The notes beneath the pieces were generated by a model. It had not been told where the DNA came from. It made no database searches and saw only the letters and a list, made by a program, of their open reading frames with translations. From the NCBI GenBank assembly GCA_965112155.1, contig OZ218106.1: a stretch of 64,000 nucleotides of DNA; one strand, written 5' to 3'. The position numbers were made by a program, and so were the translations under genes. Positions 1 through 13,600 of this stretch are shown in pieces. Source of the DNA: Podarcis liolepis (taxonomy: Eukaryota). Within the stretch, counting starts at the first letter, position 1, and each line of letters begins with the position of its first letter.

Positions 1-409
1 ATTATCACTATTACAATAATTATACATCACTTCTTATTTGCAAAGTGCTTTACTGTTTTATTGTATTCAACCCCACTGCTGTTCCATTTTATATATAGGA
101 AAGAGGGGTTGAGCAAAAGTGGTTTGACTAAGGCCAAATAATGACTGTTCACATGTAACAGTGCACCATAGTTTAGTGTTATGTGCAGAAGCACGCGTCC
201 CCTCACTTCCGGTGTAATATGAGGAGATAGAAGGCATTTGCTTCCAGTTTGAACTGTGTTATTGTGTCTGAATCTGGACAAATTATATTAGTGTTAAATA
301 TGCTATATTAAAACAAGCCAACTTCGGACTGTTATTAATTATTGTGGTTTGTTTGAGTAAGCCATATTTCACACTAACCACAGTTTCTGGCTTGGACATA
401 ACAAACTCT

Positions 410-630
410 GGTAAGTTGCGTCCATTTCAGGTTACGTCTTTTCAAGTTGCGCCCCACAGCAACAAGAAAGTACCGGAATGGTTATTTCTGGGTTTCGCCG
501 CTCGTGCATGCGTAGAAGTGCTATATTGCGCTGCGCACATGTGTTGACGTGGTGCTTCTGGATGTGAACGCTTCGAGTTGCGGATGTGCTTCTGCAATGG
601 ATTACGTCCGCAACTCAAGGTTCCATTGTA
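410..630. mobile_element. Degenerate Tc1/mariner (Tigger-like) MITE
   Basis: Right end ...caactcaaggttccattg-TA resembles the TIRs of the 12650/32928 MITEs; CpG-rich interior; left TIR is not clear, so the boundaries are approximate. Confidence 0.55.
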
Positions 631-921
631 AATGTTTCCACTCTCCCTCTAACTTTGCTAAGGAGAAGAGAAGTGGGAACAATAAGAAGCCAAGGTTCAT
701 ACTTACAGTGCTAAAAAATGGTTTAATATTGTGTGATAAATGGACCCAAAGCAGAGGTGTCCAGGGCTCCCATACAGCAGTTTAGCCCTCTCTGGCCCAT
801 AATGAAGAGATTCAAATGCTACAGCTGGGTTTGTGTGTGTGTTTTTCAATACAATTGTTCTTTTATCTTTCATAATAATGCATTTGCACTTTTTTGGAAC
901 GTATGATCATTTCTTTTGCAG

Positions 922-1038
922 CTACAATTTTGTCCTGTGGCTGGATAATTTATCTAACCTATTACAATTCCCGGAACATTGGCCTTATTTTGACATTGGT
1001 TCTTAATAGATTACATAAAAATGGCTACATCCATATTG
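922..1038 (+). CDS. BLTP1: BLTP1 exon w1 (N-terminal TM segment; ATILSCGWIIYLTYYNSRNIG...YIHIG)
   Basis: ttgcag|CT...ATTG|gtaagt. Confidence 0.95.
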
Positions 1039-1969
1039 GTAAGTGTTCTTGGAAATATATACTATTGAATACATACTGAAATATTGTGTTAATAATAGAA
1101 TGCACCATCTAGCCAACGTTAGATGTCTTTACGTTTTGTAGCTTTCAGTAAGAGAGAGATGTAAGTACATGCTTAGCTGTCCCACTGACATCCGTGTGAT
1201 AGGCAGAGCAATCCTATACCCAAATTACTTTAGGTGGGAGATCTGTGGCTACTACAATGGCAGCATGACCACAGTATCCTATATGTGTCCATATAGGAGG
1301 AGAAGAGAAAGCACGCAACTAGGAAATATAAAAATTACACATGAAAGCCTGTAAGTGGCAACCAGTTAGAAACTGCATTGGCAGTTATGCTTACATGTGG
1401 CCAAAATGCAGAAGACATGGAGGAAGCCAGTGAACTAATGACTGCAAGGATATGCACCGACACACTTCCTGCATTACAATACACCATGATGCCATAACAC
1501 CCAATTTTTCTGCTTCAGTGATGTAGTCAGCAATGACCCTGTTACCATGGGAGGCCAGGCATCCCTACAGGCAAGGATTCAAGTCATTTATGCTCCTCAC
1601 AAGCATAGTATGCGAAGGGAAGGATAGAGGCCACACAGTACAGCACCTACATAATTCCCACAGCAGTACATCTGCAGAGAGCACGGACAATTTTCCTAGT
1701 TTTGTATAGCGACGATGGTGTGCTGTGATAGGGTTAGAGGTTACATCATCCTGTGTTTTTGATTGTGGTGACATGGTTAGGGCAGTTGACACAGCGTACC
1801 TCTTCTCTATATTTTTATTTCCCACCCATTAAAGTAAATGGCAGGGAATTTTCTTTAGCTAGGTCTGCGGCTGGCATAAAATTGCACTTTTGATGGGGAC
1901 AGGGCTGTGAATTGAAGGGTTATTTGATATGTGCTACTCACCAGCCATTCCTGCTGCGATGTTTTAATT

Positions 1970-2218
1970 CAGGGATCAGCAAACTTTTTCAGCAGGGGGC
2001 TGGTCGACTGTCCCTCAGACCTTGTGGGGGGCCAGACTATATTTTTTTGGGGGAAATGAACGAATTCCTATGCCCCACAAATAACCCAGAGATGCATTTT
2101 AAATAAAAGGACACATTCTACTCATGTAAAAACACGCTGATTCCAGACCACCTGTGGGCCGGATTTAGAAGTTGATTGGGCCGGATCCGGCCCCCTGGCC
2201 TTAGTTTGCCTACCCATG
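1970..2218. mobile_element. Non-autonomous hAT element
   Basis: TIRs cagggatcagcaaact / agtttgcctacccatg; 8-bp TSD ttttaatt/ctttaatt (7/8). Confidence 0.8.
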
Positions 2219-2397
2219 CTTTAATTTTTGCCCTTCCACTGACATATCTGAGAAGTTCTACGGTATATCTTGAATTTGGCAAATGTAGCCCCTTGCCAAT
2301 GGAGTATAATATTGTACTTTTCATCTAGCTAAAGTAACAAAAATTTGTGCTAATAATGTTGATGATTGACTTACCAGAAATCTTACTTTTAATATAG

Positions 2398-2476
2398 GTT
2401 CCTTCTCATTCTCTGTCCTGTCTGGAAAAGTCATGGTTCGTGAAATATATTACATTACAGAAGATATGTCTATTAG
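2398..2476 (+). CDS. BLTP1: BLTP1 exon w2 (GSFSFSVLSGKVMVREIYYITEDMSIR)
   Basis: atatag|GT...ATTAG|gtactt. Confidence 0.95.
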
Positions 2477-2981
2477 GTACTTAACCTTGCTTACCATTTG
2501 TTTCAAAATAGTGGTTGTGTTAAAATGTTTCTTCATCCTCATATAGTGCTAGGCTCTAATATGCTTTGGATGATGCATTCCATTTTGACATCAGTAGTGG
2601 TAGAAAAAGCATGAACACAGGGTAGTTAGCCATTTCTGTAAAAATATGAGAACTTCTTAAATGGTCTCTATCTTTCTCTTGTTTAAGATAGTGAGCTCCC
2701 CATGCTGGTAACATTCACTTTCATCTTTGGTCTAGAGCATAGAGGATTAATGGCAGATAGTGATGAGTGACAGTGAGTCAGGTGGTTTATGGTGCTTTTT
2801 AAGGTTCTGAAAGAGGAACCACAAATACATTTATAAAAACCAAAATGGCTTATGCATTGTTTGAAATAGTTTTTAAATTCACCGAAGCTGGTCTGGGACC
2901 GTAATAAATTTCATTTCATTTCAAATTTGTTATATATAACAAGATTACTTATTATTTCTAATTGTGTAAAAATATTTTCAG

Positions 2982-3046
2982 AATCCAAGATGGCTTTATT
3001 ATATTTCGTTGGTGGAAGATGTACAATCCAAAGCAGAAGCAACATG
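2982..3046 (+). CDS. BLTP1: BLTP1 exon w3 (RIQDGFIIFRWWKMYNPKQKQHD)
   Basis: tttcag|A...CATG|gtaagt. Confidence 0.95.
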
Positions 3047-3182
3047 GTAAGTTTTCACCCAAAAAGGAGACATGTTACTGGATTTTCTGTTGAAGGAGCA
3101 ATTCTGCATGGGTTGAATAAATAGTGTTTGTATGTTACAAAAACAAATTATTTTTATAAATATTCAGTAAAGCAAAAAATAA

Positions 3183-3203
3183 AAACAACAACAACAACAA
3201 CAA
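3183..3203. repeat. (AAC)n microsatellite
   Basis: aacaacaacaacaacaac. Confidence 0.8.
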
Positions 3204-5342
3204 AACCACAAAAAACCTAAATAGCTTTTAAAGGTTAAATGGTGTATATCTTCTTAATTTAGTAGCTTACTCTTATCAGAGGCAGTATTTCCATGCTGGA
3301 GCTGGGCTGAATTAATATTTTCTTTTAGTGCTTCTCTGGTCTTGCATTTTAATTATTCCCCTGTGGCTCATATGTTAATAAAATTCTACCTGCATCTCTA
3401 TGGTTACATGAGTTTCAGTTCATTTGAGGTATCCTAACTTGCAAGGATTGCAGCATGGTTATTTAAGAGGTTTTAAGCAGGCAAATGCACCAGTCATGTC
3501 TCAAATTAAAAAGAAAGTAGAATAACGTAAGAGGAGATTTGCTGGTTGGGACAAAGTTCCATCTGATTTACCTTTCTAAAAGTAGCTAGTTGAATACCTC
3601 TGGGAACCTTTCAAATAGGTCATGAAAGCAGCTGCTCCACCCCCCCCCTTTGTTTCTAGTATCTGGTATTCAGAGGTATAGTGTACTTGGAAGCAGGGGT
3701 TTCACAGGTCTTCAAATAGCTATATAGGCATTGATAGACTTATCCTTAATGAATTTATCTTACTCACTCCTAAAGCTGTCAAAGCTAGTAGCCTAATCAC
3801 AAACTGTGCCAGATCCCAGCTCCTCCAGAACTGTAGCATAATTACAACAAATTAAAGAAAACTTACTGATAGTAAAAACAACCAGTACGCTCTGTAGCCC
3901 CTTAATGTCTTTTTAAAAATACTTAAAGCATTTTATCTTTTAAATGACAGCTGCATGTGAATCTCTAATCTGAAATCAGAAAAGATACAAACCTTCTTTA
4001 ATTTATTTCACAAACTTTTAATGACTAATTGGATTTGTTTATTTCCTATACTGCAGCTTTGAAGTCGAAAACATACTAAAAAATTTAAATGATAGCACTG
4101 TCCTTTATTGCTTGTGGCAATAACTTTGCTGCATTGCATTGAAATGTAAAGAAAGCATTCAAAATTAGTAATTAGTATTTTGATATCTATACGGGCCATT
4201 GTGGGCTAGAAGTAGGTTTTCACTTTTGTCTCTGTAGGTAAGTGCAGAAAGAAGTGGTTGGCAAGATAATAATCTACTTTAAGAGACCCAGTTTACTGGA
4301 TTATCAAAGGAGTTCATGTCTCTTGAGTAAATAAGTAATAGGGCTGTCTTAAAGAAAGAAAGAAAAACTAGTTAATTATAACCACATTGTTTTAACTAGG
4401 TCATAGCTTTTGAAAATGTAGATGTGATATATCATTAATGTGCTACATTATTATATAGAAAAACATCTGAAGAACCCTCTTGCATCAGACCAAAAGCTAT
4501 GTAGTCCAACATGCTGTTTTTATACTGCCCACCCAGATGTCTGTCTTGACACCAGGACAGTAGCAATCTTCTGCTTGTGTATCCCAGCAAGTGGTATTCA
4601 GATTCATATGATCATTTATAGTTTTGAATGTTGTCTTTTGAATTTATGACGTAAATTCCGTTATTTGGCAGTTTTAAACGGTTTCTTTGTCAGCCAGGGG
4701 TTGCCAATCTTTTGGGACCAGTCGGCACATTTGGAATTCTGAGAAAGTGTTGTGGGTGCTGGTTATGAAATGGGTGCTCTGGGGGTGTGGCATAAAACAA
4801 ATGGCGACTGTGAGACCATGGCAGTGAGGATGTGGCATAATGGCAGCTACATCTAAAAAGAAGAGGAAAAGAAGCAGAACCTCAAAACGGTGCAGTCATG
4901 ACCCATCAGCGGGGGGGAAGTTTCTACCTTGTTACAGACTGGCAGAGGAGAGACAAAACTCTTACGCATTTCTATGTTGAGTGTGAAGCATTAGACTTGC
5001 GTCCTCTGGTAGCCTGCTTTGTCAGCTCAATTGCCTGAATGGAATTTCATGCACTCACTTGCTGTGGCTACTAGGCTGGGACTTAAACACAAAGCTTGCC
5101 TTTTGTCGTATATGGTAACCCAGTGCTATTGGGCGGCAGTATAAGCTATACATATAATGAGTAAACATGACTGTAGAAACAGGCTGAATGAGGATACGAG
5201 AACAAAAAGTTATTATGCAGTAAATCTTTAAGATCTCACCGGGTTCTTCGTTGCTTCCTTAGCTATTTGTAATACACTTCAGCTTTTTCTGTCTATTGCT
5301 AAGGAGATTTCCAGTGACTGTCACAGTGTGGGTTTTTATATA

Positions 5343-5799
5343 CCGTATTTTTCACCCTATAGGACGCACTTTTTCCCCTCCAAAAATGAAGGGGAAATCT
5401 GTGTGCGTCCTATGGGGCGAATATAGGTTTTCGCTGAAGCTTGGAGAGCGAGAGGGGTCGGTGCGCAGCGACCCCTCTCGCTCTCCAGGCTTCAGGAAGC
5501 TATCAGCAAGCCCGGGGAGCCCGCGGGAGTTCGCACGGGGCTCCCCACGCTGCGGATAGCAGCCTGCCGCCCGGCACGCAGGGTGCCCTGAAGCAGAGCG
5601 CCCCGCGCGCCGGGCAGACATCGGCCAGCCCCATAAGCTCGGGGGACAGCGGGGAGGCGCAGCGCCGCCATCCCGCTGTTCCCCGACCTGGTTTTGGGGG
5701 GGAAATAAAGGGAATTTTTCCCCCCTTTATTTCCCCCCCCAAAAAAAAAAATTAGGGGCGTCCTATGGGACGGAGCGTCCTATGGGACGAAAAATACGG
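5343..5799. mobile_element. Tc1/mariner-superfamily (Tc2/pogo-like, CCGTA termini) MITE, GC-rich, young
   Basis: TA|ccgtatttttc...ctataggacgc at left and gcgtcctatgggacgaaaaatacgg|TA at right; intact CpGs. Confidence 0.9.
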
Positions 5800-6153
5800 T
5801 AATTAAACCATTTATTTTAAAAGTAGCCTACCTGCCCATGTAGGCCTAAGACAATCTATGTAATTCTTCCTTACTTTAGTGCTAGGATGTAATAGGGGGA
5901 AGCCGCAGGTGAAACGGTGAGTAGTTATTTACAGGCCTCAACTTCAGTTTGTTAGTCATTCATACTGGCTTATAATTCTCCCAAAAGTTCACTTTTAAAG
6001 CTTTGGGCATTTGTATACCTCTGTTACTTCATTACTCTATAAATTTGTTAGTATACATATTTTTGTGTGTGTACTACTGTTTTTATAAAACAAGTGTGTT
6101 CGTTTTCTGAGGCTGTCTCATGAAAAGCCCCCCTGTTTTGTTGCACTTTACAG

Positions 6154-6340
6154 ACCCAAAGGCAGAAACAAGATTGTATATCATGGTCAATGATTTTGAA
6201 TTTCATGTGTATAACCGTTCTGACCTTTATGGGCAACTTCAGGAATTATTTGGTTTGGATCCAACCATAATTCCTCCCAAGAAAGAGGAAGAGAAAGCAC
6301 GAGAAAATGGGAGAGAACGAACACACACAAATCTGGAAAG
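6154..6340 (+). CDS. BLTP1: BLTP1 exon w4 (DPKAETRLYIMVNDFEFHVYNRSDL...TNLE)
   Basis: ttacag|AC...GAAAG|gtacag; ORF 6120..6362. Confidence 0.95.
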
Positions 6341-6767
6341 GTACAGCTATTTATTCACTTGAGTATCTATTTGAATGTTGTGTCAGATTGAGTTATTTCA
6401 TTTTGCGTTTTTGTTCAGTTGATTTACTAGCCTCTTCCTTGAAGACCATAAAGTAGCACCTTCTTCTTACTTAAAGAGTATGTTTGAACATAAACTGCTC
6501 TATTTTTTAAGGCCTCTCAGCCACATAAACTCTTCAGGCTTTTAGGTGATAGTTTGATATTGGAAAATCTAATCCTCTGGAATGTGGAATATAGCACAGA
6601 GCATTGCTTGTTCAACATAGTTGGGACATGCACTTTTACTATATACACCTCTGTCAGAACTGAACGGTGCCACTATTGAAGTAAGAGTAGCAGTATTTGT
6701 TAACTTTATTATTCTCTTTTTTAATAAAAAAAAGTTTTTGTTTTGTTTTGACATAATCTAACTCTCT

Positions 6768-7118
6768 GACGCGGGTGGCACTGTGGGTTAAACCACAGAG
6801 CCTAGGACTTGCCGATCAGAAGGTCGGCGGTTCGAATCCCCGTGACGGGGTGAGCTCCTGTTGCTCGGTCCCTGCTCCTGCCAACCTAGTAGTTCGAAAG
6901 CACATCAGAGTGCAAGTAGATAAATAGGTACCGCTCCGGCGGGAAGGCAAACGGCGTTTCCGTGCACTGCTCTGGTTCCCCAGAAGCGGCTTAGTCATGC
7001 TGGCCACATGACCCGGAAGCTGTACGCCGGCTCCCTCGGCCAATAAAGCGAGATGAGCACCGCAACCCCAGAGTCGGCCACAACTGGACCTAATGGTCAG
7101 GGGTCCCTTTACCTTTAC
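6768..7118 (+). mobile_element. Sauria SINE (Squam1)
   Basis: tRNA-like head with A box and B box GGTTCGAATCC, Sauria body (gtgcaagtagataaataggtacc), (ACCTTT)n tail, 10-bp TSD ctaactctct (6758-6767/7119-7128). Confidence 0.95.
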
Positions 7119-8059
7119 CTAACTCTCTACCTGTGGAAGGGACACTGTGTTTATGCGTTCGTGTGTGTCCACTGTCCCATTTAATGTGGGAATAAGTGAC
7201 AGTGGTGTCCAGTCTGTGAAATCATTTATTTCATGAGAACTGGATAGATACTATCTTGGGTACATTTAGTTATCAGATTAAGGTACTCTTGTTTAGACAG
7301 CTATGTTTCAATTTTTTGTTTTATTCTTTGTCTCAGATCTTTGCTACTTTTTTGTCGGTATTGTTTTGGCAGCTTTTTGTGTTTTAAATTGTTCGTGCTT
7401 TTATTGTTATTATCAATTGCTAGCTGCCCTGAGGGTCCTATTGGTATGGAAGGTGTAGGATGACAACAATTTTATAAGTAAATAAATGGGGACATAAAAT
7501 AGAAAATGAGTTTTAGAATGCTGGTAATGGCCTTGCATATTGCAGTTGCAGTTACTTTTAAAGGCCGATGGAATTACCTGCATCTGTTCTGTTTTGTGTT
7601 TCTCTTTAGAGTAATTGTAATTAACTTCAGCAGAGAGCATTTCCAGGGGTTTAATGGCCTAAGAGAATTACCCAAATCAGTCACTTTCGTGCAATAGATG
7701 ACTGCTATAAAGTCATTTTTGCTTAAGTAAAAATTGGAGAAAGGAAATGTTACTGCGTAATGCCTAGATGGAAGCAGCAAAAACCCCTTCCTTGTATCAC
7801 ATCTTGTGAAGCTGTGAGACTCCCCATTATTAATAAACAAATAAATAAGTTGATAGGTTGGTATGTTGTGTGCACTTGGTTTTTTAATGTACTCAGTAAA
7901 ACTCTTGTGTTTTCTGTAGTCAGTTTCAATATGCTTTAGAGTATCAGGAATTTGATTCCATTTCCTTTTTTGTCTGACTTCCATGTATGTTTGGGGCATC
8001 AGTGAAATATTTTTTTGAATGTGTTAATTATATAAATCTAAGTATGTTTCCATCCTCAG

Positions 8060-8141
8060 TGTTAAAGTAAAAAGTGAATCACATGACCCTTCATCATCAT
8101 GGAGATCTCTTATTCCTGTGATCAAAGTCAATGTCAGCACA
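8060..8141 (+). CDS. BLTP1: BLTP1 exon w5 (VKVKSESHDPSSSWRSLIPVIKVNVST)
   Basis: cctcag|T...ACA|gtaagt. Confidence 0.95.
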
Positions 8142-8811
8142 GTAAGTGAAATATTCTGTTGTGTTTACAGATTACCTGGTTTTTTCCTCTGCAGTTCGAA
8201 GACCTACTTTAGTAGCAATTTATAATATTTTACTTTTATATAATAAAAAAATTAATTTAGGCAGCATAAGAAGTTTGTCACATGGCTTCCTTAGGGTTCT
8301 GAGTAAGTCTTTCAGAAATTGATTTCTTTATACCTTAGTTTCTGGAAGGACATTATAAGAGTTTGGTGAGGGATTGCTATTAGATGGCTTGGAGAAATTA
8401 TGATTTCATTGTGGAAATTAGGATCAATATGCTGCAAAGAGAATAGCCCTGTTTGCAGTGGCAGCCCCATAACTGAGATGTATTTTATTCTCAAACAAAT
8501 ATGCAAATTGTAAATGCCATTCATTGACTGACCTGGATTTAAAATCATGCTTGTTGTTTCCTTGAGTCTAATCTTCTTGTTCTAAATGTTGTGTTTTCAG
8601 TACAAAAACCTTGCTGTTTTCAAGTGTAATAACCTTTCATTAAGAAATAAATCCCAATTATTCTGGTTATAAGTTTGCAACACTAATGGGCTGCTCTGGA
8701 CTGATTATAGTCCTAACTGGAGAGAATACCAATAATAAAGAAATAATTGAGAAGGATGACTTTTATGACGATGAATTAAAAGCTAACATTTAATTGTCTT
8801 ACTCATTTAAG

Positions 8812-9005
8812 GGTCGTTTAGCCTTTGGGAATCATTATCAGCCTCAAACCATCTGCATTAACTTTGATGATGCTTTCTTAACATATACCACAAAACCACC
8901 TTCAAGTCACCTTGATCAATTTATGCACATTGTGAAAGGAAAACTGGAAAATGTGAGGGTTATGCTTGTTCCAAGTCCAAGATATGTTGGCCTTCAAAAT
9001 GATGA
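8812..9005 (+). CDS. BLTP1: BLTP1 exon w6 (GRLAFGNHYQPQ...VGLQNDE)
   Basis: tttaag|GGT...GATGA|gtaagt; ORF 8794..9009. Confidence 0.95.
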
Positions 9006-10929
9006 GTAAGTGTTTACAGTTTATGTAGGAATATTTTGAAAAATATTTTGGAAAATGTAGTGTATACAAAATTGGGTCCAAAACTCTTCATACAAAGGAC
9101 CACTGTGCATCCTCAAGCACCCTGCAAATATTAATGCACAATTTTAATTGGTGATAAACACCCAACACTAAAGGGGAGCATTAGTGAGGGGTGGTTAACT
9201 TGTGGACCCCCAGCATGTTTTTGTTGACTGTATTTTTAAAATGATATTAGAATTAGTTGTGTTAATCCTTGGTTGCTGATATAAGATAATTTTAACTTGA
9301 TATTTTAGAAGGAATTGTTATAGTAATTGGTATCGTACGCATTAGTAAAGATCAACATAGAAGTCTCACCTCGGCTTCTCATTTCACTGAATATTGTATA
9401 ACAAGATAAAATCACCACACAACTATAAAGTTACCTTCTAAGTGACCCAAAGTGTGTTTGTCATAATCATGAGAGGTGTTATTATTTCTGAAGCTCAAAT
9501 GAGGCTAAACATTTAGTTCTAAGATTTCAACGCTTCAAAACTAGTGTAACTGCAAGCAGTTAGAAACAGAAAAGAAATATATTTTGAATAAATTGAAAAT
9601 GATTAAATAAATTACATATCAGTAGGGTTGAATCCATACTAAGTTAGTCACATTTTAGCCCCACTGAGATCCATAGAATTTAAGTTAGTGATGACTCACT
9701 TGTCCCATTGATTTCAATGAGATGAAAGTGTATGTCTGGATCCAAGTCATGGTGAACTATTGCAAACTTTAATATTATTGCATGCACATCTTATAAAAAT
9801 TAGGCTTTCTACCTCACAGATTAATTGATGGATAATTTATTTGCATCAGCCACCCACCATTGTGAAAGTGAACATGTATAAACATACTAAGCAAACAAAA
9901 TTGCCAAACTAAATTAATAATTGTATCGTTTAAAACTCGCAGTAAAGCAGATGACCAAGTGAGGCAACACTGGTTTTCTATTGACTACAAACTAAGTGTA
10001 ATATGAGACAGCACAGTGAGAAGGTGTATTCTGAAATTATCATGTATTGCTTTAGCAAGGTCATGTTCAAGAAGTGAAGCTACTATACATGGCTCAATTA
10101 ATTGGCTAAAGTAATTACATTTTGGGGAAATTATTTCATATGAAAGTCACAAAATAACTGAATTTTTCCTTTATAGTTATAAAATGTGGATGTCATTCTC
10201 AGGGTAACATTGTTTTGCTCTTTTTTTGTATGGATTTGTTACACCTATTGGTCTAATTACTGAAGATGGTCTGTCCCTATGGGCTCAGATTCTATTTTAG
10301 CTGGAAAACTATTAGCAAATTAAAAGAGTGAATATAGAGCAAGGGTAAAGCAAAAGAAAGGCAAATCAAGTCTTCAGCATAGAAGGTGAAAATGTAAGAG
10401 TTTTGCCATTATGGTTGACTAACATTGGATTATCTTGATTTCGATATCAATTTTGATCTAACCGGATATCTTAATAAATTCATTATAGCAATTGGAGTTT
10501 TAAATTAGTCTGGTGTGTTTTCCAAATAGTGTTACAGGTTTTCTTTCTACAGAAAGTTGAAAACTACCAGAGGAATTAGTCTTTTAAAGACTTAACTGAT
10601 TGATTGTGGACTGCTACATCAGATACATGAAGTGTTATCACTGAGAGTAAAATGGGACCAAGTGGCCATAAAATCAAAAAGTACAATCTGTAACAATTCT
10701 GTTCTCTGGTTTGCATATCATGCTAAGCCAAACCATATCATGCTAAGTGTGCGGGCTCTGGGAGAGATTACAGCCACTTTGATCCTCCTTAGTTGTTTTG
10801 CTGCTGAATTGAGTTGAGCCATGATTTGGTACAATGTGGATCTGAACCTGGGCTCCTGGTTAGCTCACCCAGATAAACCACAAGCTTAGAGTGCACAGTG
10901 TTTATATCTCCCCCTTTCTTCTTTAACAG

Positions 10930-11009
10930 ACCACCAAGATTAATGGGTGAAGGTTTTGTTGTGATGCAGTCAAATGATGTTGATATCTACTATTATATGG
11001 ATGAACCAG
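10930..11009 (+). CDS. BLTP1: BLTP1 exon w7 (PPRLMGEGFVVMQSNDVDIYYYMDEPG)
   Basis: taacag|A...CCAG|gtaagt. Confidence 0.95.
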
Positions 11010-11495
11010 GTAAGTTCAGTTTCTGCTCAGAGGCTAAAAATCGTTACAAGTACGTAGTTCTCATAGTTGCTTAGTAAACAGCTGCTAAGTAGGCATTTTT
11101 AGATTGGGAAAATAGTATGGGGGAGGGGGGGAGTGTTCAAGTCACCCCAAAGCATCCCAGCCCCTCTAGTCCCTGGTAGTTACTTTTAACTAGTTTTAAA
11201 TAGTTTTCATGCAAGCAGGAGGGACAGGGCACCTTGCAGAACTGATGGGCAGGGAAGCATCTCCCCTGCGCATTAGCTCTGCCCATCCACAGAGCAGCCC
11301 TGTGTCTTTGGCTGGCGCGCAAGCACGGGGGACAGGGAAGCATTCCTGTACCTTTTTTTTCTAGAAAAAAAGCACTGCATATATTAATTGCATCGTAATA
11401 AGTACATGGTTCTATGTTAATTGGTAGTAGTTTACAGATATGTTCCTTGAATATTTGTTATATTTAAAATGCTTCTGCTGTTTTCTAAAATACAG

Positions 11496-11646
11496 GGCTT
11501 GTACCAGAAGAATCAGAGGAAACTAATGAGGGAGAAACAAGTGATGAGGATAGTAAATTGCAAGACCTCCCGCCCTGTTGGGGATTAGATATAGTTTGTG
11601 GCAAAGGAACAGATTTCAACTATGGTCCATGGGCTGACAGGCAAAG
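11496..11646 (+). CDS. BLTP1: BLTP1 exon w8 (GLVPEESEE...LPPCWGLDIVCGKGTDFNYGPWADRQR)
   Basis: atacag|GG...CAAAG|gtactg. Confidence 0.95.
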
Positions 11647-12260
11647 GTACTGTTGTTTAATTATTTTGTTTTTATATCTACTGTAAAAAAGGAAGAATAT
11701 AATCAAAACAGATTTTCCAGCAAAGTTGTCCTAGCTACTTTCATGTGCCTAGAGTTTGAGGACATCAACCCTTTTTAAAAATAAAATATATGCTTGTTTG
11801 TATTATACTGTTATGAATTTTGCTTTCTCTATAGTTCACACCCATGTTCATGCACCTGCATGTTTATAGAGTAGCTGTTTGTTCAGAGATTAGACATATT
11901 CCAGTTTGATAATTTTAAAAGGAAGGCCTCTGTACCAGATGTCTTCTAAAAGTTTTGGGCTACAGAGGTCTCATATTGCTCTTTTATAAGACAACTTTGA
12001 TCAAGTGTTCAGTGGTGAATGAACAGTAGTGCTTCCCTGGAAACTCATTTCATCTGTTCATAGGGATTTTCCTTCCTGAACCTTGAAGAATAACTTTATA
12101 TAAGGCTGCCACTGGGTCCACTGTGCTGATCGCCTGTTTGAGGAACACAACTTGGCTTTTCAAAAGCAGATTGGTGTTTCAGAATGATTCTTATTATTTT
12201 GTTACTTATTGATTTTGTTAGTCGCTTTATCTTGCCCAGAGCAACCCAAAGCAACTTTCA

Positions 12261-12288
12261 ACCAACCAACCAACCAACCAACCAACCA
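12261..12288. repeat. (AACC)n microsatellite
   Basis: About 7 copies of aacc. Confidence 0.85.
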
Positions 12289-12649
12289 GATAAGAACCCC
12301 CCACATAGATACATTAAAACAAAGAGAAAAAAGAAATACATTAAAAACATCCATCCCACTTTTAAATGGCTACAGATAGAAGGACAAAGGCCTGGTTATA
12401 GAGGAAAGTTTTTGCCTGGCACCTGAAATTATATAAAGATGGTGTCAGGTGAGCCTCTCTGGGGAGAACATTCCACATTGCAGAAAAAGCCTGTTATTGT
12501 GTTGCCACCCTTTGGACCTCTTGTGGAGGGGACACATGAATAAGGACCTCAGAGGGTCTGGAATGGATACCTTTTTCTTTCTAATGAAGGCTGCATTCCC
12601 TTGGCAGTGGTGGGCAGGGCCAAAGTCAACAGTGGGTGAGAAGGGTATA

Positions 12650-12901
12650 CAGTGGTACCTCTGGATGCGAACGAGATCCGTTCTGGAGCCCTGTTCGCAT
12701 CCTGAAGCGAATGCAACCCGCGTCTGCGCATGCGTGGGTCGTGATTCGCCACTTCCGCGCATGCGTGTGACATCATTTGGAGCGTCTGCGCATGCGCAAG
12801 TGGCGAAACCCGGAAGTAACACGTTCTGTTCCTTCTGGGTCGCCGCGGAGTGCAACCCGAAAATGCTCAACCCGAAGCTACTTCAATCCGAGGTGTGACT
12901 G
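12650..12901. mobile_element. Tc1/mariner (Tigger-like) MITE
   Basis: TA|cagtggtacctctgga...tccgaggtgtgactg|TA; internal repeated tgcgcatgcg palindromes. Confidence 0.85.
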
Positions 12902-13600
12902 TAAAGCCAAAAATAGATGCACCACTTTCTTTCTGTTTCTCTCCATGCAGTGGGTTGTCAGGGGAGAGTTAAACCCCTCTTGCGTCAATATTGCTTGCTT
13001 CCAGAGAGTTTTCTCCACCTTCCATTGCTTCATCCATTTTGGCTTTTCCCCATTCCGTATTTTTCCCCTCTCCCCCTCCCCATCCTGGCTCCCCCTGGAA
13101 TAAAACTAGGCCAAGGTCTGTAGCTTTCCACCCTTTCTCTGGACAATTTAGCAACTTCAGTTTAGCAACTTCATCTTGAATAAGTTGTGCTGAACAAGGC
13201 AGGGATAGGTAGCATGCTTCACTTCTACAGCCTGTTACCCTTTACTGCTCTAGGGAGCAGGGTTGGGTTCCGTACAGAAGTGCATTTTATATGAGTTCAT
13301 ATGCACTGTTTAATCTCATTAGTTAACTTCACAAGGTCAGCTGTGTAAATCTTTTTGTTTTCTTATTTCTATTTTCAGTTTCTAGGGTAATTGAATTTTA
13401 TAGTGCCTTAAGATAAATCTGGAATATAGCTTCACTAATCAAGCCTTTTGAGAAATATAGCAAAACACATATTTTTTCACTCTCCAGTTCATGTTCTTGC
13501 TTCTTGTGTGCTGTGTAGAGTGTCTTATAGAAAATATATAAATAGCTCATAATTATTTCTAGATGAATAACTGAATTAATATTCTGCTGTTGTTTTGTAG

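Noticed and set aside
5296-5755. Four overlapping 79-104 aa ORFs
   Set aside because: By-product of a GC-rich, stop-poor palindromic MITE; no transposase motifs.
6768-6845. tRNA-like sequence (also at 45313, 57075, 62828, 50294)
   Set aside because: SINE heads followed by SINE bodies and tails; no complete cloverleaf, so not tRNA genes.
12445-13179. Cluster of 60-149 aa ORFs on both strands
   Set aside because: They overlap a Tigger-like MITE and decayed repeat sequence; no recognisable domain or splice context.
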